Shown here piece by piece: positions 14,204 to 21,489 of a stretch of DNA of 24,000 nt. The notes beneath the pieces are model-generated. The model had not been told where the DNA came from and ran no database searches. It saw only the letters and a list, made by a program, of their open reading frames with translations. The stretch spans positions 824,066-848,065 of the forward strand of contig NZ_JACXZA010000002.1 in assembly GCF_014779765.1 (NCBI RefSeq), in the 5' to 3' direction. Both the position numbers and the translations under genes were made by a program. The DNA comes from Paenibacillus terricola (lineage in GTDB: Bacteria > Bacillota > Bacilli > Paenibacillales > Paenibacillaceae). Within the stretch, counting starts at the first letter, position 1. Each line of letters starts with the position of its first letter.

Positions 14204-15259
14204 TTACTCATACATGTCAGAGCCCGTAATCATAAGATCAAGCGCCAAATGCTGCAGTCCACTCAAGTAATCTTCCTTGAAGTCACTCTTGAGCAGCACC
14301 GGCAAATGTTTCCTAGGCATATAGGTCGCGCTGCGTTCCTTGATCTTAGCTAGAAGTGCTTCATCAATCTCTTCGTTGCAGAAAATGACTGCTTTCGGGT
14401 TCGTAATCCCTGTAAAAGTCGCGATAAGACGGGCTACGGCATCGATCTGGCCATCTGTTGGCACTAGACTTGCGTTCTCGCTGGAACCATTATCGCTGCT
14501 GCCATTCTCATCTTTGAGTGCCTGTACGAAAGATCGATCCCCATCTTGCGGTACCAACGCAATCTCGCCAGCGAAGAATGTGCTCCCCCGTACAACATCG
14601 CCGTTGATCATAATACCGGAGCCTGGTCCATTCTGCCCGAAGTACAGATAGACAAGAGACTCGTTCTCAATCTCATTGTTGGAAGCAAAGCCAAGCACGG
14701 ACGCATTCATATCGTTCTCTACAATAACCGGAATCTGGAACCGAGATTCGATCGTCTCTTTCAAGTCATTATCGAGGAAGTTCGGATATGGCGGTATGAA
14801 AATAATCTGCCCGTTGCTCACTGCGCCTGGCACACCAATGGCAATCGAGCGGAGCTTCGGATATTTCTCAATCAGCGACTCAACGTGATTGCCCAGCAGC
14901 TGCACATCCTGTTGAAGAACGCTTGGCATTATGCCTTCTTCCTTGATCTCGCCAATACAGTTGAAGACGGTGTAATTCGTTTCTGTTTTCTCCACGAAGA
15001 TCGCCAATCCCAGCATATATTCCGGGTCATAAGCATACCGTTTCGCGCGTCTGCCGCCGCTCGAATCATCTTCGCCTACATAATGAATTTCGCCATCCTG
15101 CTCCATCTGCGTAAGAAATTTGCTAATCGTGGGGAAGCTAATGCCAAGGCGCTGGCATAAATCCGCCTTCGTTGCGCTGCCCATCATAATGAGTGCAGCT
15201 CGAATGCGCTGCGTGATTGCCTTCTTCATCTCTTTGGGGGACGTGTGTATATCAGTCAT
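14204..15259 (-). CDS. ROK-family transcriptional regulator (wHTH plus sugar-kinase-like domain), atypical
   Basis: An N-terminal winged HTH (ATKADLCQRLGISFPTISKFLTQMEQDGEI) is followed by an ROK/actin-ATPase-like domain (IAIGVPGAV, GPGSGIMINGDVVRGSTFFAGEI). I prefer the start at ATG 15259 (GAAAGGTGA with an 8-nt spacer). The canonical CxCGxxGC zinc motif is not visible. Confidence 0.8.
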   Translation of the reverse strand: MTDIHTSPKEMKKAITQRIRAALIMMGSATKADLCQRLGISFPTISKFLTQMEQDGEIHYVGEDDSSGGRRAKRYAYDPEYMLGLAIFVEKTETNYTVFNCIGEIKEEGIMPSVLQQDVQLLGNHVESLIEKYPKLRSIAIGVPGAVSNGQIIFIPPYPNFLDNDLKETIESRFQIPVIVENDMNASVLGFASNNEIENESLVYLYFGQNGPGSGIMINGDVVRGSTFFAGEIALVPQDGDRSFVQALKDENGSSDNGSSENASLVPTDGQIDAVARLIATFTGITNPKAVIFCNEEIDEALLAKIKERSATYMPRKHLPVLLKSDFKEDYLSGLQHLALDLMITGSDMYE

Positions 15260-15375
15260 AAGGTGCATCACCTTTCATTGCGAAATCACTCAACTTATTA
15301 AATAAGTTTAATAAGTTGAGATCATCATAGCAAATAACCGATGGGAAGAGCAATATGAAGAAGCGATTTTGGCTG

Positions 15376-15409
15376 TAAAAAAATAAAAAGCCGCTAAAAT
15401 CGCGGCTTT
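15376..15409 (-). terminator. Intrinsic terminator after the SDR gene (end of the ECF41 operon)
   Basis: Stem aaagccgc (15387-15394) with gcggcttt (15402-15409), followed on the minus strand by TTATTTTTTTAC. Confidence 0.8.
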
Positions 15410-15438
15410 CTTCGTATATGACGTTGTCGATTAACCAA

Positions 15439-16230
15439 TCAGAATCCGCCTCTAGAGTGAATAATTTGCCCCGTAATCCATTGAGAATCTTCACTTGCTA
15501 AGAAAGTCGCCAACCGGGCTGCATCGTCAGGTGTTCCAATCCGCCCCATTGGAAATTGCGGCAGAAGTGCTTGCTTCACATCATCAGACATCCAACCCGT
15601 ATCTGTAGGACCAGGATCAATTGCATTAACCGTGATATGCAAAGTAGCAAGCTCTGCAGCAAGTGATTCAGTAAATACAGAGATAGCCCCTTTCGTAGCT
15701 GCATATGCGAGATTGCCGGGCATTGGACCTTTGCCTTGGCCCGATGTAAAGTTGATGATACGGCCTTCAAATAAGGTAGAATGCGCCCGCTGCTCCGCTT
15801 CGAGCATTCGTGCGAATTCAGCAGACAGCATGAAAGTGCCTCTAATATTGACAGCACAGTGCGCATCGATAATGGCCTCGTTCATCTGACGAAAGTCTGT
15901 ATCAACACTATACGTAGCATTGTTGATAAGTATCGTTGGCAATCCTATCGTCTGACGAGCCGTTTCAAGCAAATGCATCGCTGCACCAGAAGCGGCCAAA
16001 TCCACACTCATATGCGCAACTTGCACATTCAATTGGCGAAGCTCATCAGCGAACTTATCCGGCCAATGCAGATCAGCGCTATTCGGATAATGTAATTGTT
16101 CGTAGTCATACAGGTGAGTGAAGAAAATGTTCGCGCCTTCCTGGGCGAATGCTCGGCAAATGGCAGCCCCGATTCCCCCTTCACGGCTAGCACCCGTGAT
16201 AATAGCTGTTCTGCCTTTCAATCTAGTCAT
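15439..16230 (-). CDS. SDR-family oxidoreductase (short-chain dehydrogenase/reductase)
   Basis: Cofactor motif TGASREGGIGAAI and catalytic YAATKGAI (YxxxK). 263 aa. SD GGAGGAAATG. Confidence 0.9.
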   Translation of the reverse strand: MTRLKGRTAIITGASREGGIGAAICRAFAQEGANIFFTHLYDYEQLHYPNSADLHWPDKFADELRQLNVQVAHMSVDLAASGAAMHLLETARQTIGLPTILINNATYSVDTDFRQMNEAIIDAHCAVNIRGTFMLSAEFARMLEAEQRAHSTLFEGRIINFTSGQGKGPMPGNLAYAATKGAISVFTESLAAELATLHITVNAIDPGPTDTGWMSDDVKQALLPQFPMGRIGTPDDAARLATFLASEDSQWITGQIIHSRGGF

Positions 16231-16268
16231 GAGACATTTCCTCCAATAAAATAAACCAATACTAGTAA

Positions 16269-17132
16269 TTAAATATGCCGCAGCTTATCGGGGTTGGCGA
16301 CGATGTAAATCGTTTCAACTAGATTGTTCTTATAACCGAACGAATAAACATATTGTACCTGATCCTGGATTCGGAATTGAAGTCCAGGCATCCCGTTCAC
16401 AATACAATAATCCATTAAGTATTGGCCATCGTTAATGCGAAGAAGGTTCGTGAAGAATGCACTCACCTTGTCGATGCCAACAATCGGAATCCTAGCCGCT
16501 TGAACCTTGCCTCCGCCATCGCTATATACAACAACTTTATCGCTAATTAGTTCGAGCACCCTACTCGTGTCCCCCATCGCGATCGAACGGACGAACTCCT
16601 TAATATAAGACTCAGCGATCGAGATCGATGGCATCTGTTCAGGCTCAAAATGAATGCTATGCTGAGCGCGATGATAAATTTGCCTGCAGTTCGCACTGCT
16701 TTTCCCTACCATATCTGCAATCTCATCGTAACCGTAATAGAAAATTTCCCGCAAGAGAAATACCGCGCGTTCGACCGCATTGAGCTGCTGAAGCAGAAGT
16801 AGATAAGCAGTCGAGATCGATTCACGCTGCATATAGGCAGCCGATGGATCATCATCCGGTGACTCCCGGTTAATGAGAGGCTCCGGCAACCAAGGTCCAA
16901 TGTACAATTCCCGCTGCTTGGCGGAGGATCGCAATAGATCCAAGCAGCGGTTTGTCACCATTTTATATAAATACGCCCGTTCATTCTGAATGGATGAGAC
17001 ATCTGGCAGTTGATCATAAGTGAGAAATGTTTCTTGTACGATATCTTCTGCATCCATAACGCTTCCCAGCATTCGGTATGCCAGAGAAAACAGCTGTGTG
17101 CGGTACGAATTATACAATGCTTCTGTGCTCAT
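16269..17132 (-). CDS. sigJ: ECF sigma factor, group ECF41 (SigJ-like) with fused SnoaL/NTF2-like C-terminal domain
   Basis: Sigma-2 and sigma-4 regions are present (DAEDIVQETF, ERAVFLLREIFYYGYDEIADMVGKSSANCRQIYHRA). A roughly 100-aa C-terminal extension carries the DGGGK (SDGGGKV) and NPDKL (ANPDKL) motifs described for ECF41. No anti-sigma gene is adjacent. Confidence 0.9.
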   Translation of the reverse strand: MSTEALYNSYRTQLFSLAYRMLGSVMDAEDIVQETFLTYDQLPDVSSIQNERAYLYKMVTNRCLDLLRSSAKQRELYIGPWLPEPLINRESPDDDPSAAYMQRESISTAYLLLLQQLNAVERAVFLLREIFYYGYDEIADMVGKSSANCRQIYHRAQHSIHFEPEQMPSISIAESYIKEFVRSIAMGDTSRVLELISDKVVVYSDGGGKVQAARIPIVGIDKVSAFFTNLLRINDGQYLMDYCIVNGMPGLQFRIQDQVQYVYSFGYKNNLVETIYIVANPDKLRHI

Positions 17133-18432
17133 GAATTACCTTATTCTCCGTTTCTGTGTGTGAGAGTATATGGGCAACAGCCCGCTTCGCGCTTGCTGTC
17201 GCAGCATCTACAAGCATTTCACCATGCGATACCCATTCTCCTGCTACATACAATCCAGTAATTTCCGGTACAACGGGTCCCGGTTTCGATTGGCGCTGCA
17301 GATGGACGAAGTCATGCGATACCGTCATATTCGGAAGGAATTGCTTGGCCGCCAGCTCATTCCGCCAGCCGGGATGCACAGTATCCAGTAGTTGTTCCAG
17401 ATCCCGCAAATCTTGATCGGCATCTTTCTCTTTGCCTTGGTATTTAATGACGCTAATCACCTGAGCGCCTTCATCACTCAAATGCGCTGCTTGCGAGTGA
17501 TTCGATAGGAACACCGTCTGATCAATGCCATATACGATATTGATTTTCTGCTGCGGCACTTTACGTAGGGCAACGTCTAATGTAGCTGTTGTCATCTCAA
17601 TGGCTTGCTCTTTCCAGATGCGCAGCGCTGTTGCTTCCGCTTGGGGAACTAATTGATAAGCAGCTGCTGGTGGTATAGCTGCAATAACGTTATTAGCCTC
17701 GATCACCGTACCATCCTCACAACGAATCTGCTGCACACGTCCTTCCTGATGCTCAATCGCAACGACTTTTTGTTTTGCAATGAATTGAACACCAAGTGCT
17801 GCTGCCCGCTGACGCATCTCCTCTATGATCGAAGCCCAGCCTCGATCCATATACATGACACCATTCAGAGCACGCTGCAGTTGTTGGATGACCGGTCCTG
17901 CTGCTTGCAGATCAGGCGCCATCACATAGGTGGACGAGCGAATAAGCGAATATAAAATATGACGAGCCATCGGATCGTTCACATTTCCCTCCACCCACTC
18001 ACGTACGCTCAAGTGGTTGTAATTATCGGTCTGTATCTTACCGAGCTTCGTGAACCATTTGGCAAACTCCATTTTGCCTTTCACAGTGAGGAGCGATGTT
18101 GTTAGCAGCGATTTAACACCTACAGGCATCGTACTAATCTGACCTTTCCATAATCCATGCGCTTCGATAGCGGGCTTACCACCCTTCAAGCTTAACTTCA
18201 AGTCACGGAAGGTTGCGAGGGCATCGCCATGAAACAGGGCATGACCGCCCAGATTGAAGTAATGTCCTTGCTTTTTGTTCGTCATTGCTCTTCCGCCGAG
18301 CCGCTCCTGCTTCTCGATTAGAATGGTGCGTTTGCCTGCTTGCGCCGCATACAGTGCAGCCGTTAAACCTGCAACTCCCCCGCCTACAATTGCGATATCG
18401 AAATTCGTTGTTGGAATCGTCATATCCGTCAT
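17110..18432 (-). CDS. NAD(P)/FAD-dependent oxidoreductase (phytoene desaturase/amine oxidase-like)
   Basis: An N-terminal Rossmann dinucleotide motif DIAIVGGGVAGLTAALYAAQAGKRTILIEKQERLGGRA. 440 aa. The stop overlaps the sigma gene start by 23 nt. An alternative start at ATG 18423 has better SD spacing (GAAAGGG with a 9-nt spacer). Confidence 0.85.
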   Translation of the reverse strand: MTDMTIPTTNFDIAIVGGGVAGLTAALYAAQAGKRTILIEKQERLGGRAMTNKKQGHYFNLGGHALFHGDALATFRDLKLSLKGGKPAIEAHGLWKGQISTMPVGVKSLLTTSLLTVKGKMEFAKWFTKLGKIQTDNYNHLSVREWVEGNVNDPMARHILYSLIRSSTYVMAPDLQAAGPVIQQLQRALNGVMYMDRGWASIIEEMRQRAAALGVQFIAKQKVVAIEHQEGRVQQIRCEDGTVIEANNVIAAIPPAAAYQLVPQAEATALRIWKEQAIEMTTATLDVALRKVPQQKINIVYGIDQTVFLSNHSQAAHLSDEGAQVISVIKYQGKEKDADQDLRDLEQLLDTVHPGWRNELAAKQFLPNMTVSHDFVHLQRQSKPGPVVPEITGLYVAGEWVSHGEMLVDAATASAKRAVAHILSHTETENKVIHEHRSIV

Positions 18433-18456
18433 CCCTTTCGGTTTTGATACTCGTAT

Positions 18457-18483
18457 GACGGGAAGCTCATTCCGTTTGTGACA
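18457..18483 (-). promoter_or_regulatory. ECF41-type promoter upstream of the oxidoreductase-sigma-SDR operon
   Basis: The minus strand reads TGTCACA (18483-18477), an exactly 16-nt spacer, then CGTC (18460-18457). This matches the ECF41 target motif TGTCACA-n16-CGTC as I recall it from the published ECF41 characterisation. It lies about 25 nt upstream of the start codon. Confidence 0.6.
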
Positions 18484-18611
18484 ACAATGGAACCATTTCT
18501 TGAGAAAAATACGAAAGGACTCTCTGAAATTGCTGAAAATGCTGACATAACACGGGTTTTGTCGATCTGACAGATGTAATGTATGTTCATGTTATTAATG
18601 AATTTATTATA

Positions 18612-18640
18612 TTGATTTGCCAAATATTGAGTATTATAAT
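18612..18640 (+). promoter_or_regulatory. Sigma-A promoter for the GH12 gene
   Basis: TTGATT (18612-18617), a 17-nt spacer, then TATAAT (18635-18640). Confidence 0.6.
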
Positions 18641-18646
18641 CGTCTA

Positions 18647-18660
18647 CGAAAGCGCTTTCT
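18647..18660. promoter_or_regulatory. cre-like CcpA operator (catabolite responsive element)
   Basis: cGAAAGCGCTTTCt contains a perfect 12-bp palindrome at 18648-18659. It matches the core of the cre consensus TGWAANCGNTNWCA at 12 of 14 positions. It lies just downstream of the -10 box of a polysaccharide hydrolase gene. Confidence 0.55.
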
Positions 18661-18673
18661 ATCCCACAACCGT

Positions 18674-18695
18674 AAGGAGGTGATCATTAGTGTAG
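18674..18695 (+). promoter_or_regulatory. Leader-embedded perfect Shine-Dalgarno followed by a GTG-TAG start-stop pair
   Basis: AAGGAGGTGATC (18674-18685) is a 12-nt match to the anti-SD. GTG (18690) is immediately followed by TAG (18693). This sits about 140 nt upstream of the real GH12 start. Confidence 0.4.
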
Positions 18696-18831
18696 AAGTT
18701 CGTCGTCCGTCCCAGAACGCCGTCGTCTGCCTCCCCGTTTCACCGATGACGCAAGTGAGCATGAAGCAGGTTTTTTCGTTTTAACGATGAATCGAGGAAT
18801 GTACACCAATAATTATAGGAGGTTATTCGCT

Positions 18832-19560
18832 ATGAGAAACAAAGGCCGTACAACACTGATGTCTTTGGTTACCGCACTCATTCTCGTATTCTCTTCCTTC
18901 TCGGTCGCTTATGCTGCTACTTGGAGTTCCTCTGCACAATGGGCAACATGGACGAATGGCGGTTACACGATTTATAACAACATTTGGGGCAGCGGCGCAG
19001 GCTATCAAAGCATCTGGGCGAACTCGTATAGCAACTGGGGCGTATGGGCGCAGCATCCGAATACGGGCGGCATCAAATCGTATCCGAACGTTACGAAGAC
19101 GATCAACAAGAAGATCAGCGCCATCTCTACGCTTAAGAGCAGCTTCAATGTAACGGTTCCTTCGAGCGGTTCGTACTCCTCCACGTACGATGTCTGGGCA
19201 GGCACGAACAACGCTTATGAAATCATGATCTGGATGAACAAAGCTGGCGCAGTCAATCCGATCTCGTACAACTGGTCCTCTTCAGGCACGCCTGTAGCGG
19301 TATATTCGAATGTTAGCGTTGGCGGCCATACTTGGAACGTGTACCAAGGCAGCAACGGCGCGAACGCCGTCTACTCTTTCGTCCGTACAAGTAATACGAA
19401 CTCCGGAACAGTAGACATTCTAGCAATCACGAACTGGATTAAGTCTAAAGGCTGGTTCAGCGATGTCGTCGTGAACAGCGTGCAATTCGGCTTCGAGATT
19501 ACCTCTTCCGCATCTGGCTCTGATTTCATGGTGAACAGCTATTCCGTTACCAATAGCTAA
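18832..19560 (+). CDS. Secreted glycoside hydrolase family 12 endo-beta-1,4-glucanase
   Basis: Signal peptide MRNKGRTTLMSLVTALILVFSSFSVAYA/ATW. GH12 hallmarks are present: YEIMIWMN (nucleophile Glu region) and VQFGFEI (acid/base Glu region). ATG 18832 is preceded by AGGAGG with an 8-nt spacer. The track start 18787 lacks an SD. Confidence 0.9.
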   Translation: MRNKGRTTLMSLVTALILVFSSFSVAYAATWSSSAQWATWTNGGYTIYNNIWGSGAGYQSIWANSYSNWGVWAQHPNTGGIKSYPNVTKTINKKISAISTLKSSFNVTVPSSGSYSSTYDVWAGTNNAYEIMIWMNKAGAVNPISYNWSSSGTPVAVYSNVSVGGHTWNVYQGSNGANAVYSFVRTSNTNSGTVDILAITNWIKSKGWFSDVVVNSVQFGFEITSSASGSDFMVNSYSVTNS

Positions 19561-19591
19561 AACGGTTTCGTGGCTAACTCCTCTAAGGGGG

Positions 19592-19626
19592 GGGGGCGCA
19601 TAAGGTACTAGCACCTTATGCGCTCC
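19592..19626. terminator. Shared hairpin terminator between convergent GH12 and E1-beta genes
   Basis: A 15-bp stem with one mismatch: gggggcgcataaggt, loop actagc, accttatgcgctccc. It is preceded by a G10 run (19587-19596) and followed by CTTTCTCCC. Confidence 0.6.
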
Positions 19627-19637
19627 CTTTCTCCCTG

Positions 19638-20615
19638 TTAGAAATCCAATGCTTTCTCCATTCCAGCAGCAATTCGTTCAACGGTCGGCAGCCATTGATT
19701 TTCAATTTGTCCGAATGGATAGACGGTATCCGGAGGAGTAATCCGCATGACCGGTGCATCTAGACTTAAGATGGCGCGTTCATTGATCTGAGCGATAACC
19801 TCTGCTGCTATACCGGATGTACGCTGCGCTTCTTGGACGACAACGGCACGGTTTGTTTTGCGAATCGATTGCACAATCGTATCTATATCAAGTGGCATCA
19901 ATGTTCGAAGATCAATAACCTCGACAGTGATCCCTCGCTGCTGTTCCACTTGTTCAGCTGCTCGGACGGACAGCGCGACCATCGCACCGTATGTAATGAC
20001 CGTTAAGCTGCGGCCTTCTCTAACGATGTTGGCTTTACCAAGCGGAATCAAGTAAGCCTCTTCCGGCACTTCCTCACGATATAAGTGGTACAGCTTCAGA
20101 TGCTCGAGGAATATGACAGGATCGTTATCAGCTATAGCAGACATCAACAACCCCTTCGCATCATAGGGATTGGAAGGTGCAACAACTTTGATGCCAGGTG
20201 TTTGTATCATTAAACCCTCGAGCGAGTCGTTGTGCATCTCCGCCCCGTTGACACCCCCGCCATATGGAATACGGTACGTAATCGGCGCATGATAGCGTCC
20301 GCCCGATCGATACCGTAGACGTGCTGCTTGGACAAGCATCTGATCCATCGCTTCAAAGATGAAGCCGATGAATTGAATTTCGACGATCGGACGTAAACCT
20401 TGCGTACTCATCCCCACTGCCATGCCACAAATAGCAGATTCCGCGAGCGGAACATCAAATACGCGGTCCTCGCCATACTTCCGCTGCAAGCCCTCTGTTA
20501 CACGGAACACGCCGCCAACCCCTCCAACATCTTCACCGAAGATCAGTACATCATCGTGAGATGCAAGCGCCGTATCAAGCCCCTGGCGAATCGCCTCTTT
20601 CATATTCATAAGCAT
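19638..20615 (-). CDS. 2-oxoacid (pyruvate/acetoin/branched-chain) dehydrogenase E1 component, beta subunit
   Basis: It is colinear over its full length with PdhB/AcoB-type proteins (IFGEDVGGVGGVFRVTEGLQRKYGEDRVFDVPLAESAI, GGRYHAPITYRIPYGGG, PYDAKGLL, VVVQEAQRTSGIAAEV). I place the start at ATG 20615 (MLMNMKEAI), giving 325 aa. The 36-aa N-terminal extension in the track is AT-rich and implausible. Confidence 0.9.
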   Translation of the reverse strand: MLMNMKEAIRQGLDTALASHDDVLIFGEDVGGVGGVFRVTEGLQRKYGEDRVFDVPLAESAICGMAVGMSTQGLRPIVEIQFIGFIFEAMDQMLVQAARLRYRSGGRYHAPITYRIPYGGGVNGAEMHNDSLEGLMIQTPGIKVVAPSNPYDAKGLLMSAIADNDPVIFLEHLKLYHLYREEVPEEAYLIPLGKANIVREGRSLTVITYGAMVALSVRAAEQVEQQRGITVEVIDLRTLMPLDIDTIVQSIRKTNRAVVVQEAQRTSGIAAEVIAQINERAILSLDAPVMRITPPDTVYPFGQIENQWLPTVERIAAGMEKALDF

Positions 20616-20798
20616 CTGGACAGCACCACCCATCGATAGAATGTTAATATCTACCTGAGTAATTATATGATACAGGTTATTAAATTGTATATAACAGCAA
20701 CTTAAATTTGTGATTATTTTCATTAAAATAGATCATTCTGTACCAAAAACAGTTTGGTGAATTAGTGTACAACAGATACGATACAGATCAATGCAACT

Positions 20799-20825
20799 TT
20801 AAAAGAGCCGCATCCTGTGCAGCTC
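20799..20825 (-). terminator. Intrinsic terminator after the small membrane-protein pair
   Basis: A 7-bp stem including one G-U pair, gagccgc (20805-20811) with gcagctc (20819-20825), and a 7-nt loop. On the minus strand it is followed by TTTTAAAG. Confidence 0.5.
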
Positions 20826-20891
20826 TTGTGCCTTACTTATGATTGGTCCAGTCACATAGACAGCATCGACGGTAATCGTATCATTATCGAT

Positions 20892-21068
20892 CTAAAAGCT
20901 TTGATGAACCGGCAGTTTCGTGACTGGGCCATCTTCTTGCAATGCATGAATCGAACCCCCGATCCCTCGGTCCATGTCATTCGTAAACTTCTGAATGTAA
21001 TACGGGATTAGAAGGACGAGGAGAACAACGAGGATCGACCTTCTCACTATAATGAATACATATTTCAT
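20892..21068 (-). CDS. Small membrane-anchored hypothetical protein (58 aa), not in the ORF track
   Basis: My own translation: MKYVFIIVRRSILVVLLVLLIPYYIQKFTNDMDRGIGGSIHALQEDGPVTKLPVHQSF. It has an N-terminal TM helix. It starts 20 nt after the stop of the 66-aa gene and has a terminator downstream. The SD is only weak (GAAGGGG, 11 nt upstream). Confidence 0.4.
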   Translation of the reverse strand: MKYVFIIVRRSILVVLLVLLIPYYIQKFTNDMDRGIGGSIHALQEDGPVTKLPVHQSF

Positions 21069-21088
21069 CTTGCTACCCGCCCCTTCAA

Positions 21089-21289
21089 CTAATCGAAACG
21101 TCCCCCTATCATTAGCAACAGCCCAATAATGACACCTATCACGCCCCCAACTCTTGCCATTACCTTCGCGGCGTCGCTCGGTTCAGCGTTCTTGAATTGC
21201 CATCCATATTTCATACACCAACCAGCTCGTGGAAATACAATGTTCAAAACTCCGATTATGATGACAATGAAGCCGAAGAACCCTACCAT
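21089..21289 (-). CDS. Small two-TM membrane protein (66 aa)
   Basis: Two hydrophobic helices (FFGFIVIIIGVLNIVF and GGVIGVIIGLLLMIGG) flank the loop GWCMKYGWQFKNAEPSDAAKVMAR. The upstream SD is GTGAGGTGATTAC. Confidence 0.6.
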   Translation of the reverse strand: MVGFFGFIVIIIGVLNIVFPRAGWCMKYGWQFKNAEPSDAAKVMARVGGVIGVIIGLLLMIGGRFD

Positions 21290-21405
21290 GTAATCACCTC
21301 ACTCATAAGGAGTCGATGTCGTCTGACAGCATCGGTCTCGGGTCATTTGTTAACCCTGATAAATGTTAGACGTATAAAATGGTAAAAAGTAACTGACCAG
21401 AGTTG

Positions 21406-21446
21406 AAAAAGGGAAAACAAAAACAGACCACCTATTGGCAGTCTGT
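21406..21446 (-). terminator. Intrinsic terminator after the alpha/beta hydrolase gene
   Basis: Stem acagac (21423-21428) with gtctgt (21441-21446), followed on the minus strand by TTTTTGTTTTCCCTTTTT. Confidence 0.7.
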
Positions 21447-21489
21447 CTGAGGAAACCATTGACTGGCTATATTAACGTGCTAGGCATAC

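Noticed and set aside
13297-14353. Multiple alternative ORFs on both strands within the permease gene (for example the 193-aa ORF at 13772..14353)
   Set aside because: They are out-of-frame shadows of a well-supported polytopic membrane protein gene. The 193-aa ORF also runs through the bidirectional terminator.
15252-15494. 80-aa minus-strand ORF overlapping the SDR 3-prime end and the downstream intergenic region
   Set aside because: It overlaps the well-supported SDR gene in another frame and spans the SDR terminator hairpin. It has no SD.
18429-18623. 64-aa minus-strand ORF upstream of the FAD oxidoreductase
   Set aside because: It covers the divergent promoter region, including the ECF41-type promoter and the GH12 sigma-A promoter. 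It has no SD and implausible composition.
18686-18784. Possible 32-codon leader ORF starting at ATT 18686 (SVEVRRPSQNAVVCLPVSPMTQVSMKQVFSF) in the GH12 leader
   Set aside because: It requires a rare ATT start, and no family or function is suggested. The GTG-TAG start-stop reading at canonical spacing is at least as plausible, so I mention the ORF only as an alternative.
20616-20723. 36-aa N-terminal extension of the E1-beta ORF (MKIITNLSCCYIQFNNLYHIITQVDINILSMGGAVQ)
   Set aside because: It is AT-rich with atypical composition and no SD. Homologous PdhB-type proteins begin at the MxMNMKEAI-equivalent position, so I chose start 20615.
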